Source of the DNA: Chlamydiota bacterium
Lineage (GTDB): Bacteria; Chlamydiota; Chlamydiia; Chlamydiales; RGXB01
NCBI GenBank assembly: GCA_947494155.1
Contig: CANLTW010000014.1
Span: 1-35,170 of the forward strand
DNA: 35,170 nt
Reading direction: 5' to 3'
Below, piece by piece: positions 25,772 through 35,170 of the stretch. The notes under the pieces were generated by a model, which had not been told where the DNA came from, searched no databases, and worked only from the letters and a program-made list of their open reading frames with translations. The translations under genes were made by a program, and so were the position numbers. Within the stretch, counting starts at the first letter, position 1. Each line of letters starts with the position of its first letter.

Positions 25772-27151
25772 CTAAAATGACCGCGGGCGCACAAGACTTG
25801 TGATTTCTGGATAAAAGAGCCTGTAACCTGAATCGAGAAGTTTTTTATTTTCTACCTGTTGCGAGGCAAAAAACAGCTCCCTTGCCATCCCCTTCCCAAA
25901 AAGGGTTTCTACTACCCATTTCGGTAAAGGCAAAGAGAGGATATTCCATTTAGGACCATATATTGATTTCACCACTAAAAGCGCGAGCTCTTTTTGGCTA
26001 GGATGGTCATTTGCTACAAGATTGTAGGTTCCTGAAAGGGGGGTTGTCATTAAAAAATGGTAGATTGAGCCCAAGACATCCCGATGTGCAACCCAGGCAA
26101 GTTTTTGCTGTCCTGTTCCAATAGGACCCAAAAGACACAGGCGTGCTAGTTTGCGAAACTGATCCAACATTCCCCCCCCCTGCCCTAATACGATGCCAAA
26201 TCTCAAAAGAACTAGACGGCAGTTGCGATGGTTGACAAGCGTAGCTGCCCGCTCCCAATCGCTACAAAGGTCTGATAAAAATCCTTCTCCCTTCGAAGAG
26301 TCCTCTTTGCAGTTTACAGCTTCAGCCCCATAAAATCCAACTGCAGAGGTGGAGATTAGAGTTTTTGGGGGTTTGTCCAGATTTAGAATTAGCTTAGTCA
26401 GTTTTTGCGTAAATTGTACCCGGCTTTGGTAAAGAAGGGTTTTGCGTTGCTCGCTCCATCTTTTATCGGCGATATTTGCCCCTGCCAGATTGATATAAGC
26501 ATCAAAGCCCTCAAATTGATCCCTATTTGCCTCCCCGCTTTCGTCGTTGAAAAGGATAGTTTGACTTGCCCCTAAAAGGGACTTCGAGCGCACAGCTCTA
26601 AAAATTTGATGACCAAAAGAGGTCAGCATAAGGTCAAGTGCATGTCCGATAAAGCCATGAGACCCCAAAAGGAGAATTTTAAGGGGGTAATTGGCAGGAT
26701 AACGCTTCAAAAGCTCAAGCTCTTGGCGAATAATCGTATTTTTGTCCTCAAAAATAGACTTAAGAACCTCTTGTACCCGTTTGACTCTGCTTTTATAGAA
26801 AAACCATTTGTGGTGGAGTTCAAACTGAATCTCGTCAAAAATAAGGGTCCCCTCCCCCTCTTTCTGGCAATTGACGTAGTATTCAAAATGTTTAAAAACC
26901 CCTTTATCCTGTTTGATTCTAAACAAGTTTGCCGGATCAAAATGGACCTTCATATCTGCAACAAGGGAGCGGATAAGGTGTTTGAGTCGAAAACGGATGA
27001 GTCTTTGCCCGTTTTGGGCTGGAAGAAGTTCGGTCACTGTGAGACGATCATTAAGCATAACCCAGCGAAAGACAGCCTCGGGATCCAGGTGGCGCTTTTG
27101 CACCTCTTTAACCGGAAACGGCACCAGGGTTTTAAAACTTAATGTCTTCAT
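25772..27151 (-). CDS. TIGR01777/YfcH-family NAD-binding epimerase-like protein fused to an N-terminal SRPBCC (START-like) domain
   Basis: LLGSHGFIG, INLAGANIADKRWS, SAVGFYG, FLSDLCSDWE, RFGIVLG and GTGQQ..AWV; N-terminal QDKGVFKHF...GTLIFDEIQF. Confidence 0.88.
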   Translation of the reverse strand: MKTLSFKTLVPFPVKEVQKRHLDPEAVFRWVMLNDRLTVTELLPAQNGQRLIRFRLKHLIRSLVADMKVHFDPANLFRIKQDKGVFKHFEYYVNCQKEGEGTLIFDEIQFELHHKWFFYKSRVKRVQEVLKSIFEDKNTIIRQELELLKRYPANYPLKILLLGSHGFIGHALDLMLTSFGHQIFRAVRSKSLLGASQTILFNDESGEANRDQFEGFDAYINLAGANIADKRWSEQRKTLLYQSRVQFTQKLTKLILNLDKPPKTLISTSAVGFYGAEAVNCKEDSSKGEGFLSDLCSDWERAATLVNHRNCRLVLLRFGIVLGQGGGMLDQFRKLARLCLLGPIGTGQQKLAWVAHRDVLGSIYHFLMTTPLSGTYNLVANDHPSQKELALLVVKSIYGPKWNILSLPLPKWVVETLFGKGMARELFFASQQVENKKLLDSGYRLFYPEITSLVRPRSF

Positions 27152-27337
27152 AGAGAGCTAAATATCACTAAAAATAGAAATTTTTTGCAACAAAGAAAAA
27201 ATGTAAAAAATATTAATAAAAATACGATTCAATTAGCCTAAAAACGGTGTTTTAAACTTTTTCTTAGAGAAAAACTTTTTTTTCTAAGCACCTTTTTTTG
27301 GATTCAACCGGCTCAGGCAAAGGTTGTTGCTTCTGCG

Positions 27338-27367
27338 TTGACAGCCTAGGGCCCGTTTTGTTAAAAT
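27338..27367 (+). promoter_or_regulatory. Sigma70/sigma66-type promoter of gatCAB
   Basis: TTGACA (27338-27343), 18 nt, then TAAAAT (27362-27367) with extended TG. Confidence 0.6.
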
Positions 27368-27400
27368 GCAGGGGATAATTTAAATCCGGAGCTCTTCTGC

Positions 27401-27700
27401 ATGAGTCATGTCGATGCCGCGTTTGTTGAGAGGCTTTCCAAGCTTGCACGCATTAGTTTAAAAAAAGACGAGATTCACCGTCTTGAGGAAAACCTTGAAA
27501 AAATTTTGAAGCACATCGACCAGCTGCAGCAGGTGGATACCAAAGGGGTTGAACCCTGCTTTTCGGTGCAGCAAGACCTTATCTGCCCTTTTTTTGAAGA
27601 TGAAAGTCAGCCTCCTATGACGCGCACAGAGCTAATGCAAAATACCCCGGACAGTATCTCAGGGTTCATTCGAGTCCCCACAGTCATTAAAGGAGCCTAA
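27401..27700 (+). CDS. gatC: Asp-tRNA(Asn)/Glu-tRNA(Gln) amidotransferase subunit C
   Basis: LSKLARI, VDTKGVEP, FIRVPTVI; first gene of the operon. Confidence 0.95.
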   Translation: MSHVDAAFVERLSKLARISLKKDEIHRLEENLEKILKHIDQLQQVDTKGVEPCFSVQQDLICPFFEDESQPPMTRTELMQNTPDSISGFIRVPTVIKGA

Positions 27701-27705
27701 CTTGT

Positions 27706-29154
27706 ATGCAAAACCTGACAAAAAAAAGTGCCAAAGAGCTCCATGAAGGGTTTCTAAAAAAAGAGTGGACCGCAGTAGAAATTGCAAAAGCCCACCTGCA
27801 AGCAATCGATGAAAATGACAATCAAATCCAGTCATTTTTAGCAGTTTTTTCTGACAAAACCTTGGCTAAAGCGGTTCACCTAGACCAAAAGCTTGCCCGA
27901 AATGAGCCGATGGGAAAAATGGCCGGCGTCCCTATCGCTGTGAAGGACAATATCCACATCCGTGGGGAAAAAACGACAGCAGCTTCAAAAATATTGCAAG
28001 ATTATGTCGCCCCATTTTCCGCAACCGTAGTCGAGGCCCTCGAAGAGGCGGACGCATTGTTGATCGGAAAAACGAATTTGGATGAATTCGCAATGGGCTC
28101 TTCCACAGAGCATTCGGCGTATAAAGTGACTCAAAACCCCCTTAAAGAGGGGTATACTCCAGGGGGATCCTCAGGGGGTTCAGCAGCAGCAGTAGCAGCC
28201 CACTTTGCCCCGCTCTCTTTAGGTAGTGACACTGGTGGGTCGATCCGTCAACCAGCCTCTTTTACAGGTCTAATCGGGATGAAGCCCACCTATGGGAGGG
28301 TTTCTCGTTATGGGCTCATAGCCTTTGGTTCCTCTCTAGATCAAATCGGCCCTTTTTCTAGGACCGTCTATGACAATGCATGGCTTTTAGAAACGATCAG
28401 CGCACCTTGCAAAAAAGACCCGACCAATCTCAGGCTGGCGCAAATCAATTACAAAAATCAGTTAGATTCCTCTTCTCCTAAAAAAAAGATTGGGGTTCCG
28501 TTTCAGTTTCTTAAAAAGCTCGAGCCAAGAGTGCGTCAACACTTTGATCATGCACTAGCCCACTATAAAGAGCTTGGTTACGAGATCCAAGATATTGACC
28601 TCTCCATTTTGGAACACTCGGTATCGGTGTATTATGTTTTAGCGACAGCGGAAGCCTCAGCGAATTTGGCCCGTTACGACGGAATCACATTCTCAAAACG
28701 GAATCCTGAGGCAAAAACTTTGGAAGAGGTCTACGACTCCTCGCGCTCTATCTATCTCGGTCACGAGGTGAAACAGCGGATTCTTCTTGGTACCATGGTC
28801 CTTTCACAAGGTAAAATGGATGAGTATTATATGCAGGCAGCAAGAGTGCGCCAGATGATGAAACACACAGTGGATCAGATCCTCAAAAAGGTACATTTTA
28901 TCATGACCCCCACATCCCCTAATACCGCCTTCAGGATTGGGGGAATAAAAGATCCCTTGACGATGTACCTGCAAGACATTTACACCATTTTTGCAAATCT
29001 TACCGGTCATCCGGCAATTAGCATCCCTATGGGGATGGAGGACGGTTTACCGCTTGGACTGCAAATTGTAGCCCCCTACCATCAGGAAATGGACCTATAC
29101 CGTGTTAGTCGGCAGCTGGAAGTGGCAAATAAGCACCATTTAACCCATAAATAG
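27706..29154 (+). CDS. gatA: Asp-tRNA(Asn)/Glu-tRNA(Gln) amidotransferase subunit A
   Basis: Amidase signature GKTNLDEFAMGSSTE, PGGSSGGSAAAV, GSDTGGSIRQPA; EASANLARYDG. Confidence 0.98.
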   Translation: MQNLTKKSAKELHEGFLKKEWTAVEIAKAHLQAIDENDNQIQSFLAVFSDKTLAKAVHLDQKLARNEPMGKMAGVPIAVKDNIHIRGEKTTAASKILQDYVAPFSATVVEALEEADALLIGKTNLDEFAMGSSTEHSAYKVTQNPLKEGYTPGGSSGGSAAAVAAHFAPLSLGSDTGGSIRQPASFTGLIGMKPTYGRVSRYGLIAFGSSLDQIGPFSRTVYDNAWLLETISAPCKKDPTNLRLAQINYKNQLDSSSPKKKIGVPFQFLKKLEPRVRQHFDHALAHYKELGYEIQDIDLSILEHSVSVYYVLATAEASANLARYDGITFSKRNPEAKTLEEVYDSSRSIYLGHEVKQRILLGTMVLSQGKMDEYYMQAARVRQMMKHTVDQILKKVHFIMTPTSPNTAFRIGGIKDPLTMYLQDIYTIFANLTGHPAISIPMGMEDGLPLGLQIVAPYHQEMDLYRVSRQLEVANKHHLTHK

Positions 29155-29169
29155 AGGACGACCAAATCG

Positions 29170-30630
29170 ATGGAATACGAAACTTACGAGCCGGTAATTG
29201 GGTTGGAAATACACGTGCAGCTCAATACGCAAACCAAACTGTTCTCCAGATCTATGAATGCGTTCGGATCAGAGCCCAACACCAACATCCGTTACACCGA
29301 TACCGCACAGCCCGGTTCCCTCCCTTTACTGAACAAAAAAGCTGTCGAGCTTGCCGTCAGGCTGGGTCTAGCGATTGATGCAAAGATCCACTTACACTCC
29401 CGTTTTGACCGTAAATCCTACTTTTACCCCGATAGCCCCCGAAACTACCAAATCACCCAGTCCTTCAAAAAAATCCTCGAAGGCGGGAAAGTCGTTGCAG
29501 ATGTGGATGGAGTGACTAGGGAGTTTCTTGTTGAGAGTGCACACCTGGAAGATGATGCCGGGATGCTCAAGCATTTTGGACCTTTTGCCGGGGTTGACCT
29601 GAATCGTGCGGGCGTTCCCCTGATCGAGATTGTGTCGACACCTTGTATGCGCAGCCCCAAAGAGGCTGCAGCCTATGCCATGACAATCAAATCCATCATG
29701 GAGTACATTGAGGCTTCCGACTGTAACATGGAAGAGGGCTCGTTACGTATTGATGTCAATATTTCGGTGCGCAAAAAGGGGGAAGATCAACTGCGCCCGA
29801 AAGTTGAGATCAAAAATATGAACTCTTTTTCCAATATGATCACCGCTTTAGACTATGAAATTCGACGCCAGATTCGGGTCTATGAGGAGAATCCGGGGGT
29901 TCCCTTCGCTGAAGTGATGCCGAATAGCACCTACCGATTTGACCCTGTCGAGCAAAAAACGGTTTTGATGCGTAAAAAGGAGACGGCTGCCGATTATCGC
30001 TATTTTCCAGATCCTGACCTTCCGCCACTTGTAATCACTCAAAGTTTTATTGATGAGGTGAAAAAGGCACTTCCCGAACTCCCCCACAAGCGATTCATCC
30101 GCTATACTGAAACTTTGGGCCTTTCGCCCTACTCAGCCGGGGTATTGATCGCCGATAGAGCCTTATCAAATGCATTTGAGAGGGCGATCCATTTGGTAAA
30201 AAATCCGATTGCCCTTTGCAACTGGCTTACGGTGGAGTTTGTTGGGAGGCTTAATGAGGATAAAGTCCATTTTATGGATGCAAATATTCCTATTGAGAAT
30301 GTCGCTTATCTCGTATCCATGATTGAAAATGGTGTAATTACAGGAAAAATCGCCAAAGAAATCAAGGAGCAAATGTGTTTAACCAAAAAGCACCCGCAGG
30401 AGATCTTTGATCAAAACCCCGACTACAAACCGTTAAGCGACACTAAAGAGATTGAGGCTATTATTCATGAAGTGCTTAAAGAGAATCGCCACTCTGTCGC
30501 CGATTACAAAAATGGGATTCAAAAGGCTTTTAACGCACTTGTAGGTCAAGTCATGAAAAAGACCAAAGGGAAAGCGAACCCCGAAATAGTTAATAGCCTG
30601 CTTGTATCCTCTATAGCAAAAGAGGAGTAG
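29170..30630 (+). CDS. gatB: Asp-tRNA(Asn)/Glu-tRNA(Gln) amidotransferase subunit B
   Basis: VIGLEIHVQL, FDRKSYFYPD, DLNRAGVPLIEIV, DYRYFPDPDLP, VGQVMKKTKGKANP. Confidence 0.98.
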   Translation: MEYETYEPVIGLEIHVQLNTQTKLFSRSMNAFGSEPNTNIRYTDTAQPGSLPLLNKKAVELAVRLGLAIDAKIHLHSRFDRKSYFYPDSPRNYQITQSFKKILEGGKVVADVDGVTREFLVESAHLEDDAGMLKHFGPFAGVDLNRAGVPLIEIVSTPCMRSPKEAAAYAMTIKSIMEYIEASDCNMEEGSLRIDVNISVRKKGEDQLRPKVEIKNMNSFSNMITALDYEIRRQIRVYEENPGVPFAEVMPNSTYRFDPVEQKTVLMRKKETAADYRYFPDPDLPPLVITQSFIDEVKKALPELPHKRFIRYTETLGLSPYSAGVLIADRALSNAFERAIHLVKNPIALCNWLTVEFVGRLNEDKVHFMDANIPIENVAYLVSMIENGVITGKIAKEIKEQMCLTKKHPQEIFDQNPDYKPLSDTKEIEAIIHEVLKENRHSVADYKNGIQKAFNALVGQVMKKTKGKANPEIVNSLLVSSIAKEE

Positions 30631-30677
30631 CGGTTTTTTGAATCAAAAGGTTGTGCCTACCTCGTACTTTGCAACAA

Positions 30678-30717
30678 AAACCCCTTAAGTGTCCAAAAAA
30701 GGGTTCTCAAGGGGTTT
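30678..30717. terminator. Imperfect hairpin between convergent gatB and 30736..31467
   Basis: AAACCCCTT ... AAGGGGTTT inverted repeat. Confidence 0.45.
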
Positions 30718-30735
30718 ATAAAAAAAGGGGCGTCT

Positions 30736-31467
30736 TTAAAAAACTATTCTAAGGGGCACTCGTGGTGCAGGATTATGGTAATATTCGATCAGGGTATCGA
30801 AGAGACTTTGGACTAAAGTCGCAACAAAGTATTTCCCCCCCCCTTTATAAAAATCCAGATGGAGATTTCTTTGAAATTTTTTCAATCGGAGATTTTCGAT
30901 TGCCTCAGTCATGCCCTTTTTAAGATCTTTAGAACAAAATAGACCGGTATCAAGCACATAAGCTCGTGTGCGCAAAAGGCGTAACGGGTAGGCTATCGTG
31001 AATTTAAATACACAAATCAAAATTGCGTGCATGGGGTGGAACTTTTTTATCTCTTTGTCTTGAGAGGTAAATAGCATGTAGCGCAAAAGCTTTGTAGTTT
31101 TTACATCTAGAATTTCCCCCAATCGATCTAAACAATACAGATTAATATAGCTTTTGGCAATTTGCGTGTAGGAGAGGGGCTTCAGCAGGGTTGAGGAAAA
31201 TAGATAAGAATAGTTCAGAGTGTAACGGATAAAGTGTCTTAAAGGACCAGAGATAAACCACTCAAAAACTCTTTTGATCCGTTGATGGTTTGTTGTAGAA
31301 GAAGTTTTTTTAAAAAACGCCTCAGATTGGTCTATTGTGGGTAAAAGAAACTCCTTTTGCGTAATCTCATACGCTGAGCATGTCAGGAGATCTTTTATAT
31401 AATTAAGGGGTCGCGGGAAAGGGATATCGAGAATATCTAGTGTATTCAAAAGACTTAGAATAGTCAT
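30736..31467 (-). CDS. Hypothetical protein with degenerate mitochondrial carrier (SLC25/MTCH-like) signature motifs
   Basis: PLNYIKDLL, AYPLRLLRTRA, WFISG and DFYKG in the order expected for two carrier repeats; the CDS itself is well supported, the family call is tentative. Confidence 0.55.
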   Translation of the reverse strand: MTILSLLNTLDILDIPFPRPLNYIKDLLTCSAYEITQKEFLLPTIDQSEAFFKKTSSTTNHQRIKRVFEWFISGPLRHFIRYTLNYSYLFSSTLLKPLSYTQIAKSYINLYCLDRLGEILDVKTTKLLRYMLFTSQDKEIKKFHPMHAILICVFKFTIAYPLRLLRTRAYVLDTGLFCSKDLKKGMTEAIENLRLKKFQRNLHLDFYKGGGKYFVATLVQSLFDTLIEYYHNPAPRVPLRIVF

Positions 31468-31561
31468 GCCATTTCCTCAGGGGTATCCTGTTTTTTTAGC
31501 ATATTAAAGATTGCATTAATTTTTAAAAAGTCAAATTGCACATTTATCCCTCCCCACCAGA

Positions 31562-32392
31562 TTAAGGTTTTGGATGGAATAGATCAAAGGTGGACTTGAT
31601 ATGCTCTTTGGAAAGATGGGTATAACGGTTAGTGGTACGGATATCGCTATGCCCTAAAAGCTCCTGTATCGTGCGTAAATCGGCACCCCCTTGCAATAAA
31701 TGGGTAGCAAAACTATGCCGTAAAAGGTGTGTGTAGATATTTTTTTCAAGACCGCTTTTGAGCGCTATTTTTTTGATGATCTTTAAAATTTGCTCTCTAT
31801 TCAGATGCTTGCCTCGTGCGATAAAAAGATAGGGGTTGCTGTCCTCCCTTTGTTGAAGATACAGGTCAATCGCCTCTAGAGCCACAGGAGCAATCGGCAC
31901 AATTCGCTCCTTTCCCCCTTTCCCCTTGATCCTAATGCACCCCTCTTTCACATCATAAATAGTGAGACTGGAGGCTTCTGAGGCCCGTAATCCACTGGCA
32001 TATACTGTAAGAATAAGAGCTTTCTCTAGTGGGCTTTGACAAGTTTTAACAAGAATCTCCACCTCTTCAACAGTCAAAGGGCGTACCAGCTGTACACCTT
32101 TTTTAGGCGGATCTACATGAGATGCCGGGTTTTTCTGGATCGCACCCTCTTTTAAAAGAAAGTGGTAAAATCTCCGTAAAACAACGATTTGGCGCTGTTG
32201 TGTGGCTACACTAAAATTTTTTTCCAAGGTTTTGATAAATCGAAAAATATCCTGCTTTGTCCCCTTCTCGATCGGTTGCGGATCAAGGAAAAGGGAAAAT
32301 TTCTCTAGATCTCTTGTGTAGCTAAGGATGGTATTGGGAGAAAGGCCTCGCTCAGCTACCAAGTAATCCAAAAAACGACTTTTCCAATCCAT
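31562..32392 (-). CDS. xerD: Site-specific tyrosine recombinase XerD
   Basis: ERGLSPNTILSYTRDL, SGLRASE, GKGGKERIVP, HLLRHSFATHLLQGGADLRTIQELLGHSDIRTTNRYTH; XerC is not fully excluded. Confidence 0.85.
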   Translation of the reverse strand: MDWKSRFLDYLVAERGLSPNTILSYTRDLEKFSLFLDPQPIEKGTKQDIFRFIKTLEKNFSVATQQRQIVVLRRFYHFLLKEGAIQKNPASHVDPPKKGVQLVRPLTVEEVEILVKTCQSPLEKALILTVYASGLRASEASSLTIYDVKEGCIRIKGKGGKERIVPIAPVALEAIDLYLQQREDSNPYLFIARGKHLNREQILKIIKKIALKSGLEKNIYTHLLRHSFATHLLQGGADLRTIQELLGHSDIRTTNRYTHLSKEHIKSTFDLFHPKP

Positions 32393-32474
32393 TAGCTTGA
32401 AAATAACAAAAAAGAAAAGATAAAGGCAACCTTGTCTTTAGACATGTAAATCGAGATAGAGACCTTAAACGAAC

Positions 32475-33614
32475 CTAGGAAGCGGCCTTAACTAAAGAAA
32501 GATGATCCGTCTGATGATGATTGGCCTCAACTAAAGAAAGCTGAGCTGTTTGCTGGGAAGCGGCCCTTTTCTTTCTTTCCAACCACCCCAGAAAATGGGG
32601 AACTAGTGTAGCAACGACCGCAGCGGCGCCTATCGCTATGGGTACAGCACCAAAAGTGAAAACCGTTGAGGCAACAATTGAGGCAGTAGCCAAAATAATC
32701 TGCGCTATGTAAGCGACTTTGAGCGAAGTGGAAATCTGTTTTTTGTCACTAAGATCTTTAACAAGAAATTTGCCGTCCACCAAAGTCAACCACAAAGAGT
32801 TTGCGGCCAAAGAAAGTCCGATTCCTAATGGTTTGATTATAGGTATCACCAGGGCTACTATGTTGATTGTATCCGAAATAAGAAACACCCCCAAACAGAG
32901 AGCAAAATCCCTAAAGGTTCCTCGAATTTTTTCTTGAATTTCAGATGGTTCAATCGCTTCTTTTTTATAAATTTTTACCGCTAGATCGCGATCCCCTAGG
33001 GCGCGCCCTAATCGATCAATTTGCCCCTCAATGATCTCATTAGAAGAATCCTTTGAGGTATTGAAAAATTCCTTACGTATCTCTTCGATATTCCCATTGA
33101 GCCTCTTGAGTTTGTGCATATCGTACAGTCTAAAACTAAACGCTACTGTCCCAGACATTATGGAAACAGCTCCCAGTATAGCGGAGGATCTAGAAAGAAC
33201 TTCACCGCTTTTGGTAAGAATTGTCGAGGCGATGCTTGTAACTACTGAGGCGACTTTTGCGACAAACCGGACAAGCTGAGAGCTGTAGACTCTTAACCCT
33301 GTTGCATCTTTATTTTTTCTAGCTCTATGGCAATTCATTGAGTGAAAAGCTATCCCAAAAATACCGGTCAGTCCGCCGATCGAAGCGGCGGTGTAGTCTC
33401 CTACTTCCGCATGAAGTGGAGCCTCTTGTGTAACTAATTTTTGGGTCAAAGAGGCTATAGCGACGGTATCCCCTTGAGAGAAAAGGGGTTCTAAAAGAGA
33501 ACCTGCAACTTTCTGCACTTTATCTTGGGTGGAATCGGGCTTGGCAACAGGGTTCCTAGACAAAAGAGGCTGCTTTTGTGGGCTGTGATCGGAAGTGATG
33601 TGGTTTACCACCAT
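32475..33614 (-). CDS. Multi-hydrophobic-domain membrane protein, inclusion-membrane (Inc)-like candidate
   Basis: Polar S/P/Q-rich N-terminus without a Sec signal; two 40-46-aa bilobed hydrophobic stretches near the C-terminus. Confidence 0.6.
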   Translation of the reverse strand: MVVNHITSDHSPQKQPLLSRNPVAKPDSTQDKVQKVAGSLLEPLFSQGDTVAIASLTQKLVTQEAPLHAEVGDYTAASIGGLTGIFGIAFHSMNCHRARKNKDATGLRVYSSQLVRFVAKVASVVTSIASTILTKSGEVLSRSSAILGAVSIMSGTVAFSFRLYDMHKLKRLNGNIEEIRKEFFNTSKDSSNEIIEGQIDRLGRALGDRDLAVKIYKKEAIEPSEIQEKIRGTFRDFALCLGVFLISDTINIVALVIPIIKPLGIGLSLAANSLWLTLVDGKFLVKDLSDKKQISTSLKVAYIAQIILATASIVASTVFTFGAVPIAIGAAAVVATLVPHFLGWLERKKRAASQQTAQLSLVEANHHQTDHLSLVKAAS

Positions 33615-33651
33615 TTTTCACCTCGGGGGAGCACTCCCCTTTTCAATCTAT

Positions 33652-33680
33652 ATTATATCATATTTTTTTATTATTTGCAA
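33652..33680 (-). promoter_or_regulatory. Sigma70/sigma66-type promoter of 32475..33614
   Basis: Minus strand TTGCAA, 17 nt, then TATAAT with extended TG; RBS GAGGTG before the ATG. Confidence 0.7.
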
Positions 33681-33722
33681 AAAAACACATCTAATTGAGA
33701 TTGAATAGGGTAAAGGAAAAAG

Positions 33723-35170
33723 CTACCCTTCGGCTGATATCGATTCTGAAAGCTCTTGAGGTCGAGTAGCTTCTGTAGGTTTTTTTCTAAGGTCAGTGAT
33801 TAGATTGTATATGATTCCCGACAAACCTACCCCCATAAGAGCCGCTTGCCCTGCTAGGCTAGCTAAAGGGTGGATAAGGAAAGCCCCTGCGGCCAAAAGG
33901 AGGAATGAGGCTTGGGTCACCAAGAAGGCATAAAACTGGTCTTTGGTGTATCCCCCCTCGAGCATATCGGAGATAAAAAAGTAGGTGTCTACAATAGACC
34001 AACCTATCGCAATCGCAAGGTTTAGTATTGCAATAACCAGATCGGGCAAACCGGCCGTTATAAAATTTGTAGCCGCATAAACACTGATGGTAAGCAAAGA
34101 GAATACCTGAACAACTTTCCACAAAGTGGATTGTACTTGAAGGGTTTTTTCAATTTTACGCTTAAGCAAATCTTTGGACTCAAAATAGGAGGCATTTCTG
34201 CTGTTGAATTCATATCTAGGATTTTCCAGAAGCCGCTGAACGTTCTTTTGGCCTATAAAGCGCCCATAATGTTCGCGTCTGGCCAACATAAAAGTTTCCA
34301 TCACCTCTAGCAGTTCAACGTTTTCTTTAAAACGCTCCCTTACCTCGGCCGGAACAACTGCACGCTCCAAGATCTTGTTGAACCTTTGAGCTTTCTCCTC
34401 TCCCTCTAGAGAACTAGGGGACTTTGCAAATGCCTGAAGGTGTCTAATATCCTCTTCTTCGATGGTTTGAAGTTTGTTTCTCAACCCATCAACCCCAAGG
34501 ACTTTGAATTCCTCTGCTACTTTTTTTGTCCAGTCAGTGCGCTCTTTGGCGATCAAAAAAAAGCAGCCCATAGCGAGGGAGGAGCAGAAGCTTCCGACTA
34601 AAAGAACCGCTCTGCCCGATATTGCATTCAAGCCTGTAAAAGCTCCGATTCCCGCAGTAAGCCCAAAAGAGGCGCTTAAGAATTTTGAGCCAAAACGGAT
34701 TTTTCCATATTCAGCAATTTTGTCCGCACTCAAATCCCCTTTTACGTCTCCAAAAGTGGTCTTTTCCGCTGTTTTTTTAGAAAAAAGCTGCGAGAGGTAG
34801 CCAAAAATGGCAATACCAAAATTGATAATCGAGTAGGAGAGGTCTACCTCCTGGCTGAACATCCTGTTTGGAGTAAAAGGAGTTACCCCTTTAGCCGCAA
34901 CCAATATGTCTCCTGTTGCTTGAAGGTGGTTCATCTTTTTGTTGGAATCATCAGCAGAATTCTTCTCTTTTTGTGCTTGTTGAGCCAACGGATTTTCAAT
35001 ATTGAACCCTACGTAATGTCTTGAAGAGACCGCCGATACTTCTTTACCGGTGGACTGAAAAACAGTGGTCATTTTCTTTGCGGTAGCCTTTTTCTGCTTC
35101 TCCCAAACCTCTGGTACAATAGAGGGGGGGGTGGGCTTTGCAAGATCTACGATTTTTTGCAATATACTTA
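33723..35170 (-). CDS. Inc-like membrane protein, probable paralog of 32475..33614 (probably 5'-truncated by the window edge)
   Basis: Frame is open to the window end; same hydrophobicity layout; GRFIG vs GRALG and LAIAIGWSIVDTYFFISDM vs LAANSLWLTLVDGKFLVKDL. Confidence 0.65.
   Translation of the reverse strand, partial: SILQKIVDLAKPTPPSIVPEVWEKQKKATAKKMTTVFQSTGKEVSAVSSRHYVGFNIENPLAQQAQKEKNSADDSNKKMNHLQATGDILVAAKGVTPFTPNRMFSQEVDLSYSIINFGIAIFGYLSQLFSKKTAEKTTFGDVKGDLSADKIAEYGKIRFGSKFLSASFGLTAGIGAFTGLNAISGRAVLLVGSFCSSLAMGCFFLIAKERTDWTKKVAEEFKVLGVDGLRNKLQTIEEEDIRHLQAFAKSPSSLEGEEKAQRFNKILERAVVPAEVRERFKENVELLEVMETFMLARREHYGRFIGQKNVQRLLENPRYEFNSRNASYFESKDLLKRKIEKTLQVQSTLWKVVQVFSLLTISVYAATNFITAGLPDLVIAILNLAIAIGWSIVDTYFFISDMLEGGYTKDQFYAFLVTQASFLLLAAGAFLIHPLASLAGQAALMGVGLSGIIYNLITDLRKKPTEATRPQELSESISAEG

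Noticed and set aside
31562..32392. Prophage or island integrase
   Set aside because: Size and motifs match housekeeping XerD; no phage genes, tRNA or att-like context nearby
939..34800. Numerous short antisense or nested ORFs in the track (e.g. 1542..1886, 14044..14442, 18023..18523, 26606..27142, 34474..34800)
   Set aside because: They lie within well-supported genes on the other strand or frame and show no independent motifs
1..35170. tRNA, rRNA, IS or transposase
   Set aside because: No cloverleaf-like, rRNA-like or DDE/HUH transposase signature seen by eye; a covariance-model scan would be needed to exclude small ncRNAs

Overview
Chromosomal segment that is most likely from an environmental Chlamydiota or a similar intracellular bacterium. 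This is inferred from the gene content: eukaryote-like ankyrin proteins, Inc-like bilobed membrane proteins, an Rhs with an alpha/beta-hydrolase tip, gatCAB and xerD. The left ~24 kb is accessory and looks host-interaction oriented. It starts with a decaying array of ankyrin-repeat + eukaryote-type HECT E3 ligase genes (one intact, one lacking the C-lobe, two orphan C-terminal remnants). Next come five tandem membrane-anchored patatin phospholipases with a non-canonical D-A-[A/G] motif. A mostly unannotated family of tiny Lys-rich double-glycine-leader peptides sits on the opposite strand around the first patatin (two intact, two shifted by one base in homopolymers, plus remnants). The region continues with two outer-membrane beta-barrels, an atypical PLP aminotransferase, a signal-peptide Rhs protein with no immunity gene, a single-NBD ClpB-like ATPase bracketed by a 27-bp direct repeat, and an exported EEP hydrolase. 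The right part holds Yip1, an SRPBCC-TIGR01777 fusion, gatCAB, a candidate mitochondrial-carrier (SLC25/MTCH-like) protein, xerD and two paralogous Inc-like proteins. I saw no rRNA, tRNA, CRISPR or IS element. All calls come from motif reading by eye; no searches were run.
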